DNA from: a virus | IMG/VR virus record: IMGVR_UViG_3300023235_000025 | DNA: 62,076 bases | Reading direction: 5' to 3' (one strand) | Shown: positions 28,477 to 39,334 of the stretch, piece by piece | How positions within the stretch are numbered: the stretch's first letter is position 1 | Layout of the letters: each line of letters starts with the position of its first letter | Translations under genes and position numbers: made by a program | Notes under the pieces: generated by a model | Databases searched by the model: none | The model's input: only the letters and a program-made list of their open reading frames with translations | Told to the model about the DNA's origin: nothing

Positions 28477-28994
28477 ATCCCAACTACCGTTATCTCAGAC
28501 CCAGCATCTAAAACGTTGGGAGGTAAAATAGTCAGTATACTTGAAGAGATAGAAAAATCTATCTTTTTTAGTACAGAGCCATTTAAAGAGACAAATAAAA
28601 CACTAGAGGGTGTAGCGTCTAAAACAAACGTCTGTGCACCGCTGCTATAAACGAACTCCTTGACAAAAATATTAGCCTCCTCAGAGTTGTTTATGGGTTC
28701 CCAGAAATTATCATCTATTTCTCCACTTATAAATATAGGGTTCCCCTTATTGCTATCGACTTTACTTTTGAACCATTTAATTTCGCCTCCTACTCTCTCG
28801 AATACTGTTGATGTGCTTTTAAATGTTATTCCCTCACTCCATTCCCTGTAAATAACCTGATCAATATACGGGTACCCATTGATTCCTTCTTCCGAATTTA
28901 TAGGGTCAGTGGAGTATATATACCCCTCTGGGTAGCATCCGTTCTTGTCTGCTATTTTCTTTATTTCAGAGGATAATTGGCTAGATGATTCCAT
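28470..28994 (-). CDS. Structural-block protein
   Basis: 174-aa ORF. Confidence 0.55.
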   Translation of the reverse strand: MESSSQLSSEIKKIADKNGCYPEGYIYSTDPINSEEGINGYPYIDQVIYREWSEGITFKSTSTVFERVGGEIKWFKSKVDSNKGNPIFISGEIDDNFWEPINNSEEANIFVKEFVYSSGAQTFVLDATPSSVLFVSLNGSVLKKIDFSISSSILTILPPNVLDAGSEITVVGIW

Positions 28995-29048
28995 TTTTGT
29001 CTTATACTAAAATTGCTCCGATTTTCTGTTGGATTTGTTTCATTTTCT

Positions 29049-29774
29049 CTATATTTGTTTCCAGCCAAAGACACCCGGAGGCCATACATTAAACCCCCCT
29101 GTATGGGCGTTTTCCCATAATTGACCATTACGCTCTACTATATAAACTGATCCTGTATCAGGGTTAATATTAGGATACTTTCCATCCCCACCCTTGGGCT
29201 GTTTCCATATCTCAATACCTCCCTGATTGATCTCATTTTTAGACCAAAGGGCAGGGGTGATATTAGGATGCCAGTCAGACTGCTTGGCGTGCGGTTGTAT
29301 GATCTTAAATAGCTTTAATTGGTTGCTATCATAGGCCTGCACTTTATACGGCTTAGGGAAGGGAAACCCATCTTTAATATCTTCCCATAGCGGGTAGATA
29401 CTTTGATTATTAGCTGCTTCTGTGTCATCCTCCAGGGCTTGGAAGTTATCCATTACTTGCTTCTCTATAACTTTTTTTGATTCCACGGATATCTTCTCTT
29501 CCCTTGCAGAATTTACCTGATCAATCTTAACCTGCTCTTGCTCTTGAATTGGTATTTCTATTATTTGCCTTGTCACCTGATCACCGTCTTTGATGGCTGA
29601 TCCTAGTCTTTGTGTAGATGGGTTATATGGTGGATTGATAATATCCCTCCACCCATCATCAATATGATCTTGACTAGGTAATTTGTCGTAATGAATTTGA
29701 TTTTGCCTACCATCCCAATAAGCAGGGATAGAAGGATATTCTGTTAGTGATATTTCGTTTATATTGGCTTTCAT
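29049..29774 (-). CDS. Putative fibre/receptor-binding accessory protein with Trp/Gly-rich C-terminus
   Basis: 241 aa. The C-terminus WKQPKGGDGKYPNINPDTGSVYIVERNGQLWENAHTGGFNVWPPGVFGWKQI is reminiscent of CBM5/12-type carbohydrate-binding modules; the match is weak. Confidence 0.55.
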   Translation of the reverse strand: MKANINEISLTEYPSIPAYWDGRQNQIHYDKLPSQDHIDDGWRDIINPPYNPSTQRLGSAIKDGDQVTRQIIEIPIQEQEQVKIDQVNSAREEKISVESKKVIEKQVMDNFQALEDDTEAANNQSIYPLWEDIKDGFPFPKPYKVQAYDSNQLKLFKIIQPHAKQSDWHPNITPALWSKNEINQGGIEIWKQPKGGDGKYPNINPDTGSVYIVERNGQLWENAHTGGFNVWPPGVFGWKQI

Positions 29775-30982
29775 AGGTTCTGAATATATGTTTCTGAAAA
29801 TGTGCCTTCACGGTAGGCGAATAATAGGTAAGTATCACTTCCTTCGCTGCTTATTACCCAGTCTGCTGTGGGTGTATAAGAACCTTCTGTACTTATAAGA
29901 ATACCAGCTTCATAAGTCTTTAGCGTTCCTGCGCTGTGGTCATAGTATTCAGCGTATTTGATGCCGTTTTTGATGTAAAATTTAAGATGATTTGCCGTTG
30001 TATTGATTAGGCAGTTAGCTGTGTAGATGTCGGCTGGACGGGTTAGTTCTGACCCATTTGTTTTGATTAAGCTAGTTTTTAAGCCTATTTCAAATTGAAA
30101 TCCATATAAAAACGTGTTAGATGTTGTTAATCCACTATATTGAGGAATTCTAGGTGCTAAGGGATCATTGTTGATGAAAACGACGTTACAACCAGCACTT
30201 ATTAAATCGTTATTTGGGATTGGTGAAATGCTTATTTCAAAGAATCCGTTATTTATTTTTTTTATTTTATTTTCTAAACCAAAAGAAGCTGTAACTATTC
30301 CATTTACAAGGTCAAAATTTGATAATGAACCGGGATTAACAATATTATTACCTACTATTTGAATGAAATCAGGCGAGGTTGAACCATCTCCCTTTTTTGC
30401 TAATACAGAAACTGTATATTGTTGGTTTTGAATAACGGGTATATTACTAGAATAGATTGCCCTAATTGCCCTAAAAGTACCTGATGAACCTTCTGTTATT
30501 TTCGCAGCGTTATTCAATCCTTCGGGAGAAGTTGTGTAATTATCAACTACAAAATCCTGTCCTATTGTCCAATGCGAAGGATTTGCTTCAAAAGCGTTAC
30601 TGTATATTTCAAGATTTGTACTTTCTCTCTCAACCAAAATCCCATCATAATCAACTGTCAAAGGATCAAATGTCAATCGAGGCCTATTATTAGGTAATCC
30701 TGTTACTAATAATCCATTTTCATCAAATCGACTACCATTACCACCACCTGTAACAAACATATTCTGCCCTTTCACTGACCAAACCTCATCAGCTACATTA
30801 AATTGTGGTATAGAAAGAAAATCGAAATCCCTGTAAGATGTAACTAATGGATTAGATATTGTTTTTACTGCTTGAGGGATTGTTCCTCCTGATTGATTAA
30901 CACGATCCAAAAATGAGCTGTATAATCTACTGCTAATCCCTGAATTGTTACTTCTCATTAATCTTCTGTACGTCCTTATCAT
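29771..30982 (-). CDS. Putative tail fibre/spike protein
   Basis: 403-aa ORF in the fibre cluster. Call by position only. Confidence 0.55.
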   Translation of the reverse strand: MIRTYRRLMRSNNSGISSRLYSSFLDRVNQSGGTIPQAVKTISNPLVTSYRDFDFLSIPQFNVADEVWSVKGQNMFVTGGGNGSRFDENGLLVTGLPNNRPRLTFDPLTVDYDGILVERESTNLEIYSNAFEANPSHWTIGQDFVVDNYTTSPEGLNNAAKITEGSSGTFRAIRAIYSSNIPVIQNQQYTVSVLAKKGDGSTSPDFIQIVGNNIVNPGSLSNFDLVNGIVTASFGLENKIKKINNGFFEISISPIPNNDLISAGCNVVFINNDPLAPRIPQYSGLTTSNTFLYGFQFEIGLKTSLIKTNGSELTRPADIYTANCLINTTANHLKFYIKNGIKYAEYYDHSAGTLKTYEAGILISTEGSYTPTADWVISSEGSDTYLLFAYREGTFSETYIQNL

Positions 30983-32526
30983 ACCCCTTCTTGTTCTAAT
31001 GATACATGAACTATTTCTTCACCTACTGTTTTATCCAATAGGATGAAGCAAAAGAAATTAGGTACTGTTGTGCTAATATTGACAGGATTAAACATTAAAA
31101 CCGCTTCTGAACCAAATGTAAAAGCACAGGCATCTATGTGTTTCATATAAGTAGTGGTTCCTCTTTTTGCATCCGTAAAGTCAAAGGTTATATTGCCTGT
31201 TATTGCTGTTGTGTCTATCCCCGAAATGTAATCAACATCAAATAATACTACTGAGCTTTCTCTGTTATCTGGCTCTCGTATAGCTATTAATGCACTTGCC
31301 TCTGCTTCACTTGCCTTTGTTGTCGCTATCCCTGCCTGAGTTGTGGCTGTGGATGCACTTGTGCCAGCGTTAGTTTCAGAAGTTGAAGCATTTGAAGCAC
31401 TTGTTGAAGCCTCCCCTGCTTTTGTTGTCGCTATCCCTGCCTGAGTTGTGGCTGTGGATGCACTTGTACCAGCGTTAGTTTCAGAAGTTGAAGCATTTGA
31501 AGCACTTGTTGAAGCCTCCCCTGCTTTTGTTGTCGCTATCCCTGCCTGAGTAGTAGCTGTTGTTGCGCTAGTATCCGCCTCACCTGCTTGCGTTGTCGCT
31601 ATCCCAGCTTGCGTTGTGGCGGTAGATGCTGAATTTGAAGCGGTAGTTGCGCTTGCGTCTGCCGAGATTGCTGAATTAATGGCCTCTAAATCTAATTCTG
31701 TGATTAATACATATATTTCATCTATTTCTTTTTTTACCGCAGAAGCTTCGCTTAGCACTCCCCCTCCCCAATTTGCTGTTAGCTGAGTGTATAAAGACGT
31801 TACCATGAAGTAGTCGTCCATTAACTCCCTCTGATTACCTTTAGAATTACTTAGCTTGTCTTTTACGTCATTAATTAAATTAACTAACTCAGAAACCGAA
31901 ATAAAAGCTCTAACATCAAAGCTAAAAGACTTTGATTGAATCCACTCTACACTATGGTCTGATGCTGTAAATAATACTGTAGAGGTTAATTCAGGCAGGT
32001 AGACGCCCTCGTAGGATTTACCTCCTGAAAGCATAAATATCTCGTTGGACGTAGTGGATATTACCTCTGTAACTCCTGATGATTCCGGAAAAGAGCATTC
32101 TACCTCCCTTGTTACGCTAGGGTTATACCCCTCATTAATATACTTAGTAACATCTAAGAATGATATGCTCGGAGTTGCTAAATTAGAATTATCACTCATG
32201 GCGAGTGACGGCTCAGAGAATGAAAGAGTGAACACCTTTTCTAACTCATAATCCCCTATATTCGTGTATGTTTTTTGAGTAATTGAATATTCACCCTGGA
32301 TTATTCCTTGTCTCAACCTCAAAGGAATAGAAGTTATTGCGTTTCCATTGCTAAAATCTGGGTTATTTTCATCAGTATTTTCAACAACAACCCCATCAGG
32401 GTAGATTATTCTATACTGTCCGTAATAAGTAGTTACACCAGAATAATTAGAAGTGTCTGTCAACACAAGACTTAACTCGTTACTAACTCTATCGATTAGG
32501 AATTTTATACTAAATTGTGGAGTCAC
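30979..32526 (-). CDS. Tail-fibre-like protein with Ala/Thr/Ser-rich 35-aa tandem repeats
   Basis: The unit [35 protein letters not shown] recurs. Confidence 0.7.
   Translation of the reverse strand: MTPQFSIKFLIDRVSNELSLVLTDTSNYSGVTTYYGQYRIIYPDGVVVENTDENNPDFSNGNAITSIPLRLRQGIIQGEYSITQKTYTNIGDYELEKVFTLSFSEPSLAMSDNSNLATPSISFLDVTKYINEGYNPSVTREVECSFPESSGVTEVISTTSNEIFMLSGGKSYEGVYLPELTSTVLFTASDHSVEWIQSKSFSFDVRAFISVSELVNLINDVKDKLSNSKGNQRELMDDYFMVTSLYTQLTANWGGGVLSEASAVKKEIDEIYVLITELDLEAINSAISADASATTASNSASTATTQAGIATTQAGEADTSATTATTQAGIATTKAGEASTSASNASTSETNAGTSASTATTQAGIATTKAGEASTSASNASTSETNAGTSASTATTQAGIATTKASEAEASALIAIREPDNRESSVVLFDVDYISGIDTTAITGNITFDFTDAKRGTTTYMKHIDACAFTFGSEAVLMFNPVNISTTVPNFFCFILLDKTVGEEIVHVSLEQEGV
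31321..31640. repeat. 105-bp tandem repeats (about 3 units) within the fibre gene
   Basis: Units start at 31321, 31426 and 31531, with a degenerate unit at 31594. Confidence 0.9.
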
Positions 32527-32527
32527 A

Positions 32528-32689
32528 TTTTTATGGGTTAGGTTCTTCTTCCTCTTCGGCTTTATCCTCTTCCAATTCAGCTCTTAACTTCGTAATAGAA
32601 ATATCAGCCGAATACTTTTCAGCCTCGTTCATGTATCCAAGGGATAGCAGCTTGTTTACTAAATCAATAAGTACGTTTAATTCTCTCAT
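32528..32689 (-). CDS. Small acidic protein (53 aa)
   Basis: ORF below the track cutoff that fits exactly between two fibre genes. ATGA overlap with the upstream stop. Confidence 0.45.
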
Positions 32690-33726
32690 ATTACTTCTAC
32701 ACCTAAAAGATCAATTACTTTGTCTCCTACTTTTACTCTCCACCTAATGTCTGAAGCTGAATCAGCAACTACCGTGTAATCACCCATTAATACCGTGGCT
32801 TCAGTTCCTCCAGATGGATGGGTAGTCTTTATACCTCCTTCAACAAATAATTTAGTGTCAGAATCTATTTTAGAAACTCTGTTTTCATCGGTGCCAACAA
32901 TGATACCTGTTTCAAATTGAGACATGCCATAAGCGTACTGCCTTAAAGGGTATCTGTAGCTCGGTGTTCCTGCATTAGTTAATTCATCCGTGGCAATAGT
33001 AGCATAGTAAGTAGATGGCATTTTTCTACCACCTAAAATAGTCACAGCCCCTCTTGCAAAACCTATCATATCTCTTGTTTTGGAGGCCCCAAATCCAGTG
33101 TTTGAAGTGTACCTATAAAACCATTGAACTTCCCCGTTTGTATAGTCTACATTTTGAGTGTTACACAATTCTAAGCCGTGTAAGGTTCCTGCATCTATTT
33201 CATACCTTCTTACTACCCCAATAGTACTGCCATCATTTGCCCCAAATCTTCTGACTCTTTTTAGTCCTATATCTATCTGTTCGCCACTAGTCCTTAGCAC
33301 TGTAGAATCAACCTTGAAAGCGATATTCCCAGATGACAAAAGCCTTCCAGCTCCTGTTCCAGTAAGAGATACGCCATCACTTGCGGAAACATTACCGCCT
33401 GAAAGCTTTGCTTTATCCGTGATCGACATTGCTCCGCTTGCTTCAGTTGTCGCTAAAGCTAAAGATAATTCTTGCCCAGATAGAGATAGTCCGTTTTGAC
33501 TAGACCCTAAAGTTATTGCGTCGTGAGAAGATCCTGTAGCGCCAATATTACTCATGGCTTGTGCCTTTTGGGGATCTGTTAAGGATTGTGCTTCGGTGTA
33601 ACTTATAAAAGGAAAAGACCCCCCTAGTCCGAGCTCGGCCCAAGTAGACGGCGTATCTGATAAGTTGGCGTACAAGATATCTTCAACCCCCCATAGAGGT
33701 AGTTTTTTCCTTTTAAATCCTGGCAT
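32686..33726 (-). CDS. Fibre-like structural protein
   Basis: 346 aa. The motif SGAMSITDKAKLSGG resembles the GLMSxxDKxKLDG motif of phage fibre proteins. Confidence 0.6.
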   Translation of the reverse strand: MPGFKRKKLPLWGVEDILYANLSDTPSTWAELGLGGSFPFISYTEAQSLTDPQKAQAMSNIGATGSSHDAITLGSSQNGLSLSGQELSLALATTEASGAMSITDKAKLSGGNVSASDGVSLTGTGAGRLLSSGNIAFKVDSTVLRTSGEQIDIGLKRVRRFGANDGSTIGVVRRYEIDAGTLHGLELCNTQNVDYTNGEVQWFYRYTSNTGFGASKTRDMIGFARGAVTILGGRKMPSTYYATIATDELTNAGTPSYRYPLRQYAYGMSQFETGIIVGTDENRVSKIDSDTKLFVEGGIKTTHPSGGTEATVLMGDYTVVADSASDIRWRVKVGDKVIDLLGVEVI

Positions 33727-34611
33727 CTAGTTACTGATTTTCATTTGTTCTTTCAAAGAAGAATAGAACTTGCTACCCTCTTTAGATTTTACAAAATCAA
33801 CAAATTTCTCTGCCCATTTTGCGTCTTTTTCTGGCGACCATGTATATAACGTCTCTCCATTGTTGCCCATGATAGACCTTTTTTGAAGATTCACAGAGAT
33901 AAATCCTTTGGATTCAGCCGATACAGCTATCTCCTGGATAACCAAATCAGGATTCTCCACTAATACAAGGAAGTTTATCGGATTAAGCCCAGCGTAGGAC
34001 TCTATCGAATCTCTCAAAGACTCTTCTTCTTGTGATTCTGGGTTGTTATACCCTAGCCCAATAGCTACTCTAAGCAATTCGTTTCGAGTCAATTTCTCAG
34101 CTTTATCTTCGGCGGCCCTTTTGTCTTTTCTTGCTTGCCTTAATACTTTAGCTTCTTCTTTTACGTTGATCTTCTGGAACTTAGGCTCTTTTGAAGTGTC
34201 CCTATTTGGATTCGACCCATTAGCGTTGCAGGATTCAAGGAACTCAAAAAGATCTTGATTTTTGGCGTTCCCACCAGTCAGGGATAAGACTCCAGCCCTA
34301 GATTTAAGGAAGTGAATAGTGTCCATTCTATTACCTACAGCGTAGCCAATATCTATGAATTCGCCCTCTCTGTTGTCTCCTTCTTTTATTAATGCTTTTT
34401 TTGCATCGTCAGGGAATGGTATAAACACCGTATCCCTTTTTGGTATCCCTGTAATAAATGGAGTACCTAATGTTTTTCCTGTGCGGTCCAGAGGACTAGG
34501 TTTAATACCTACCAGCCTGTACTCTACTTTTTCTCCCCTAGATAGCTGCCTTGGTCTTGTTGACCATTCCTTCTTTCCTTCTGAGGAATAAGATTCTGGA
34601 TACTCATTCAT
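33727..34611 (-). CDS. Structural-block protein, unknown function
   Basis: 294-aa ORF immediately after the terminator that follows the capsid gene. Confidence 0.6.
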   Translation of the reverse strand: MNEYPESYSSEGKKEWSTRPRQLSRGEKVEYRLVGIKPSPLDRTGKTLGTPFITGIPKRDTVFIPFPDDAKKALIKEGDNREGEFIDIGYAVGNRMDTIHFLKSRAGVLSLTGGNAKNQDLFEFLESCNANGSNPNRDTSKEPKFQKINVKEEAKVLRQARKDKRAAEDKAEKLTRNELLRVAIGLGYNNPESQEEESLRDSIESYAGLNPINFLVLVENPDLVIQEIAVSAESKGFISVNLQKRSIMGNNGETLYTWSPEKDAKWAEKFVDFVKSKEGSKFYSSLKEQMKISN

Positions 34612-34625
34612 ATTGATTTTTTAAT

Positions 34626-34658
34626 TTAAAAAGGAAGCGAACCCGAAGACTCGCTTCC
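34626..34658 (-). terminator. Intrinsic terminator after the major capsid gene
   Basis: On the minus strand: GGAAGCGA-gtcttcgggt-TCGCTTCC followed by TTTTT. Confidence 0.7.
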
Positions 34659-34665
34659 TGTGGGT

Positions 34666-35997
34666 CTAAAATGTATTTATTGCGAAATGTTCCAATCCTG
34701 TAAACTCAGCCCCTTGCCAAGTGTTCCAGGTCACCTCCATTTTCATCACGTCGTCTGTTTGGTTTTCTGATAAACCGCCAGTTACCACTTCGTAGTATTC
34801 TTTCGTGTTATTCAAGCCTAATCTAGCTCCTTTAGGCGCTTCTTTGTACCTGATCCTGAATCTATCAACTTTGTCTTTATTATGATCAGTCATTACCTTG
34901 TTCATAGGTATCATGATCGACGTGGTTGGATAACTATGCCCCGTAGCCGCCGATACTTTAATGTTATCAAACGCATCGATAGGCTTCTTATGCCATGTTC
35001 TACCCCAGATTTTAAATGAGTCAAATCCCCACTGTACAGACCTCTCTTTTCCGTCTTTACCATTAAAGGAGTTATACACGATACCGCCGTCTTTAAGCCC
35101 TTCTTTAGTGGCTAACCAATCATCAAAGAAGTTGTTCACATCAGCACCGTTCCATTGCCAGTATTCTTTTGGCCCACGAGCTTGATCAATAGCCCTATTA
35201 ACGTCGTAAAAATCATCCTCAAAAGCCGCCATAGTACCCGTCATTACCAAAGGCAAAACAGTTCCGTGCTCCCTGACGGATTTTTCCAATCCATGTGTAA
35301 GGGGGATGTTTTTACCGCTCGCTGTGTTTGTAAGTCCAGAAGACCTCTCTCCGTAAAGCCATGCAAACGCAACATCCATCCTATACCTGTTGAATGCGTC
35401 AGCAGCGCCTTTAATCATGTAGTAAGGCTTTCCATCAAACTCAACCTCTACTTTTGTAGTGGCTTCCAAATCAGATACGCTGAACTTTCCTTTTATGATT
35501 TGGATGTTATTTGACTGAGTAGAGGTAGGGTAAACAAACCCATCTTCTGCGCCAGTAGCTTCCCCATAACCGTTAGAGAAGAATGTTACTAACTCCCCGC
35601 CAGCAAATGCTTCGTGGGCAGGATTAAGCACGTTTGCAGGTTTTACTGAAATAGTCGTTCCGGTAACACTGTCAACATATGCCCGATATCTACCCGGGGT
35701 AAGCATCAAGTCTCCAACCCTAGGCATTACTGATCCTGTTTTTAAAACAATATTAGTAGCCACACCTACAGTCGGAAGGGCTTCTACGCCGTCTACTTCT
35801 GCGGTTTCGCTGAGTCTAGTATTTACATGTAGATGGTATTCATCCGTTGCCGTGGGTACATATTTACCCGTCATTTCCATGATGTCAACCAATTGGTTCA
35901 TTTCATCATAGATATCCAATACGCTTCCTAGTATTTCTCTCTGGTCCATAAAGGCCAAAGGGGAAACGAAAGCTCTATTTAAAGTTCCTTGTTGCAT
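34666..35997 (-). CDS. Major capsid protein
   Basis: 443 aa. Follows the scaffold-like gene in the order terminase, portal, scaffold, capsid, and is followed by a terminator. Confidence 0.7.
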   Translation of the reverse strand: MQQGTLNRAFVSPLAFMDQREILGSVLDIYDEMNQLVDIMEMTGKYVPTATDEYHLHVNTRLSETAEVDGVEALPTVGVATNIVLKTGSVMPRVGDLMLTPGRYRAYVDSVTGTTISVKPANVLNPAHEAFAGGELVTFFSNGYGEATGAEDGFVYPTSTQSNNIQIIKGKFSVSDLEATTKVEVEFDGKPYYMIKGAADAFNRYRMDVAFAWLYGERSSGLTNTASGKNIPLTHGLEKSVREHGTVLPLVMTGTMAAFEDDFYDVNRAIDQARGPKEYWQWNGADVNNFFDDWLATKEGLKDGGIVYNSFNGKDGKERSVQWGFDSFKIWGRTWHKKPIDAFDNIKVSAATGHSYPTTSIMIPMNKVMTDHNKDKVDRFRIRYKEAPKGARLGLNNTKEYYEVVTGGLSENQTDDVMKMEVTWNTWQGAEFTGLEHFAINTF

Positions 35998-36002
35998 ATT
36001 TC

Positions 36003-37061
36003 CTATTTGTTATACTTTTCCGCAAAAGCCATTGCTAACCCTTTTGAAAAAGGTACTTTTGCATTTGTTTCGGTAGATGTTTTTCCTTTCAGTGTTGAGT
36101 TTTTATAATCTCCGTCAATCACCTCCGTCTTACCGAGGGTTCTCCCGTAATCCACATATGCCTGTCGCATTGCTTCTGGATTGCTGGCGTAATTAACTAC
36201 ATCAATAAAACCCTGAACATCATGGTTCCCATCTTTTTTAATAAACTTATCAATAAGAACTCTGTCATTCGCTAGTGCTTCAACAATAAAACTAGGGTCT
36301 GTCACCTCTAAATTAAAATCGCTATCGCCTATCTTGTGAGTTATATTCTTATTCTTTAGAAGCATTTCTACTTCTGGAAGCTTTTTTACAGCTTCTTTTA
36401 TTTGATAAGGGGTGTATTTTGGCGGTGCCTCTTTTGGCTCCACTTGCAAATACCCCTCTTGGTCCTTTATTCTTTGATTCCGAACTTCATCGGCATCCCT
36501 TTCCATTAACGCTCTACCTAACTCAGCCTCCTCATCATCTTCTGAATCTAAGGAATACTTTGATTTCTCTTTTTCCCAAAGCTTATCAACAAATTTCTTG
36601 TCAAGCTTTTTGTTTTTCTCTTTGAAGCTTTCTTTCAGAACATCTTCCGACGGCATTTCTTTCCAGTCAACAGAGTGGGCTTTAAAGAAGTCACTCAGGT
36701 TTCCTTTTTCATTATAAATATCGACAACTTTCTTGATGAAGTCATCCTTAAACTGGCTTTCTGGCTCTGCTGATTTAAGTTTTTCAAATTCACTTAGCTG
36801 CTCAGTAACCTCATCCCAACTTTTGAATTTACCTTTAAATTTATCAGAAGGGAATTCATCAACCACAGGAGACGCCGGATCAATCGGGTCCTCCACTTTT
36901 TGGGGATCGTTATTCACTACTGGATCATCGTCCGTTTCTACTGGATCTACAGGCTGGTCTACCAGAACAGCCTCTGGTGTCTCTTGGGCTTCGGGAGCAA
37001 TAGCCTCCGCCTCCTTTACAACCCCGTGTTCCTTCAGTACTTTATCTAAGTCAATACTCAT
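36003..37061 (-). CDS. Scaffolding protein
   Basis: 352 aa, highly acidic and Lys-rich, helical-looking. Lies between the portal and capsid genes. Confidence 0.6.
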   Translation of the reverse strand: MSIDLDKVLKEHGVVKEAEAIAPEAQETPEAVLVDQPVDPVETDDDPVVNNDPQKVEDPIDPASPVVDEFPSDKFKGKFKSWDEVTEQLSEFEKLKSAEPESQFKDDFIKKVVDIYNEKGNLSDFFKAHSVDWKEMPSEDVLKESFKEKNKKLDKKFVDKLWEKEKSKYSLDSEDDEEAELGRALMERDADEVRNQRIKDQEGYLQVEPKEAPPKYTPYQIKEAVKKLPEVEMLLKNKNITHKIGDSDFNLEVTDPSFIVEALANDRVLIDKFIKKDGNHDVQGFIDVVNYASNPEAMRQAYVDYGRTLGKTEVIDGDYKNSTLKGKTSTETNAKVPFSKGLAMAFAEKYNK

Positions 37062-37090
37062 GCTGTATTTTTTTTACTAAATTAATGATT

Positions 37091-39334
37091 TTATTTTGAT
37101 TTGTTGTTATCCTTACTATTCTCCATTGCTTTTACTGCTTTTTTACCCTCATTTTCTAGTTCTTTTGTAAATGCTCTGCCAGCTTCTTTTATATCTGCTT
37201 CATTTATTCTTGTGGAGGATTTTAGTCTTTCGATCATAAAGTCAGCCTGTTTTTCTTCTCTTTGTAGCTGTGATTTAAGGCTGTATTCCAGTTTGATATT
37301 TTCCCTCTCCATTTCAGCAGTCATAGCGGCACTCTTCTGTTGCTCTTTTGAATTAGCTTCAATATTCTGCATGTCCCTGGCTTGCTTCTCACCTATATTC
37401 TTTTTGACCAGGAAGGCCAAGACCATGGCTTTTTCTTTTATATTATCAATAGTGTCAATGTAGGTGCTGTCTGCCACTGTTATTTGCCCAGAAGATTCAG
37501 CTAATTCTATCCTTCTATTGAGTACCGCTTTCTCTTCATCACTAGGCTTGTCTTCAAATTTAAGAGATAGTTCATGAGCGGTTATATCCCCTAGAGTTTT
37601 CCAGAAGCGTTCACTGTTTATCCCTAGCGCTTTTCTATACACTTTCTCCCCTGCCTCGAATGCATCTTGAAGCCTAATTACTAGACTGTCCGCTATATTT
37701 TCATTTAGGAATTTGGTGCCCTGAACTAAGTGATTCAAGGCGTTGGTTGTCGCTTGATAGGCTAGATTAGCGACCCCGTTTAGTGTTCTTGGATCAGGAG
37801 TGCTTCCGTCTGTTACCTCATTGAATCCTATATTATCCCTGAGTATCCCCATAAAACCATTCACGATTCCGACAAAGTTCGCAATCTCTGAAGCTACCTC
37901 GCTTCGGAGCTGTGTAATTGGTGGTCCACCCATAGGCTCTCCGTCTTCTCTCTTGGATCTATAAGCCATGTCCCCTCTCCTTTTATACATCTCAAGGGCT
38001 TTTCTTGGTACCCATTTTTCTCCATTGTGCCCCAGATTAAGATTTTCCAAAGCGGATAAATCGAAGGCTATCCCAGGAGGAACGGAATTAAGAAGTAGGT
38101 TCATTATTTTTAGCCACGCAATTTGTATTTGGTCAGCTACCGGGATCATTGATTCTATGACTCCGAAGAAATTCATCCTATCCTGCTCAGGAGCTATCAA
38201 ATGCCAAGAAAATGTTGTGTCTTTTGGGTTGTTTTTCGACCTTTTAATATTAGTGCACCGCCCATATTCAAAGATAAAATCAGTGTCAATTATCCACTTG
38301 CCTTTGTATAGGGTTTTTCGGCCATCTCTGACTATCTCACTTTTTTTGTCGGTTTTTCTATTGTAGTCTGTTTTATTGATTTTTTTATTCCCATGACTAT
38401 TGACCCTTTTTTCGTAGGCGGTTTCGTCAAAACTCTTTTTTTCAAACTCAAGAACAAGTATTTTATTATCGTCATTTACCCTCTCTCCATTCGCTGCATA
38501 TCTTCTTGCTCCACCCTTTTGCTTTAATATCTCCTCGATCTCCTCCTCATCGAACTCGCTAGAAGATCTAATATCTTCAATGCTATATGCTCTCACCTCC
38601 CCCATGTACGTAGCATCGGAGAAATCAAACTCCTCGCTGTAATCGCAAATGAACTCTTCCATATTTACATGGCGAATTCGTATCCTGTTGTTCTCGTCAA
38701 AATATTCACGGACACCGCCTACGCCAAAATCAAAAAGATCAGATTTTACCCTATTAAGTATTTGGTCGTATTTGTTGTTTGAGAAGACCATGTTAATTCC
38801 CTTCTCTGCCTCGACTGCTGCTACATGCTTGTAGGAATACTCTTGCTTTATTTTAACCTCTTCTAATGTTCGTGGATCGTCGTCTTTCAGATCGATCATT
38901 GATTCGATATTCGGAACGTCAGATAACTCTTCAAGCATCCTGATTTTTGCTTTCTGCTCGGCAAAGTAATCCTCTTCATCATCCCTAGCTATTGCATCTA
39001 TAGCGGTGGCAACAATGTTAAACCCAATTTTATTGATCTTTCCTAGTGCAATTTTTTTGAACTTAGGGATAATTGGAAGGATGGTGTAATCTAGCGGTTG
39101 AGTACTATCTGCTCGATGGCCGTTTGCGTCTAACGGATCAACTAAGTTTCTATACTTCTCTTCGGACTGCCTACCGTTGGCGTAATTCCTGTACTCTCTG
39201 AACTTTTGATTACCATGATAAAAGATTTTTGATGAAAAAGTCTTACTACTCCCCCATATAGCTTTTGCCGTAAGCAAGTGCCATTCCTTGTCTTTTTTTC
39301 TAGGATCTATTTCGTCTTTTGGAAAATTTATCAT
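37091..39334 (-). CDS. Portal protein
   Basis: 747 aa, immediately downstream of and overlapping the large terminase gene. Confidence 0.7.
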   Translation of the reverse strand: MINFPKDEIDPRKKDKEWHLLTAKAIWGSSKTFSSKIFYHGNQKFREYRNYANGRQSEEKYRNLVDPLDANGHRADSTQPLDYTILPIIPKFKKIALGKINKIGFNIVATAIDAIARDDEEDYFAEQKAKIRMLEELSDVPNIESMIDLKDDDPRTLEEVKIKQEYSYKHVAAVEAEKGINMVFSNNKYDQILNRVKSDLFDFGVGGVREYFDENNRIRIRHVNMEEFICDYSEEFDFSDATYMGEVRAYSIEDIRSSSEFDEEEIEEILKQKGGARRYAANGERVNDDNKILVLEFEKKSFDETAYEKRVNSHGNKKINKTDYNRKTDKKSEIVRDGRKTLYKGKWIIDTDFIFEYGRCTNIKRSKNNPKDTTFSWHLIAPEQDRMNFFGVIESMIPVADQIQIAWLKIMNLLLNSVPPGIAFDLSALENLNLGHNGEKWVPRKALEMYKRRGDMAYRSKREDGEPMGGPPITQLRSEVASEIANFVGIVNGFMGILRDNIGFNEVTDGSTPDPRTLNGVANLAYQATTNALNHLVQGTKFLNENIADSLVIRLQDAFEAGEKVYRKALGINSERFWKTLGDITAHELSLKFEDKPSDEEKAVLNRRIELAESSGQITVADSTYIDTIDNIKEKAMVLAFLVKKNIGEKQARDMQNIEANSKEQQKSAAMTAEMERENIKLEYSLKSQLQREEKQADFMIERLKSSTRINEADIKEAGRAFTKELENEGKKAVKAMENSKDNNKSK

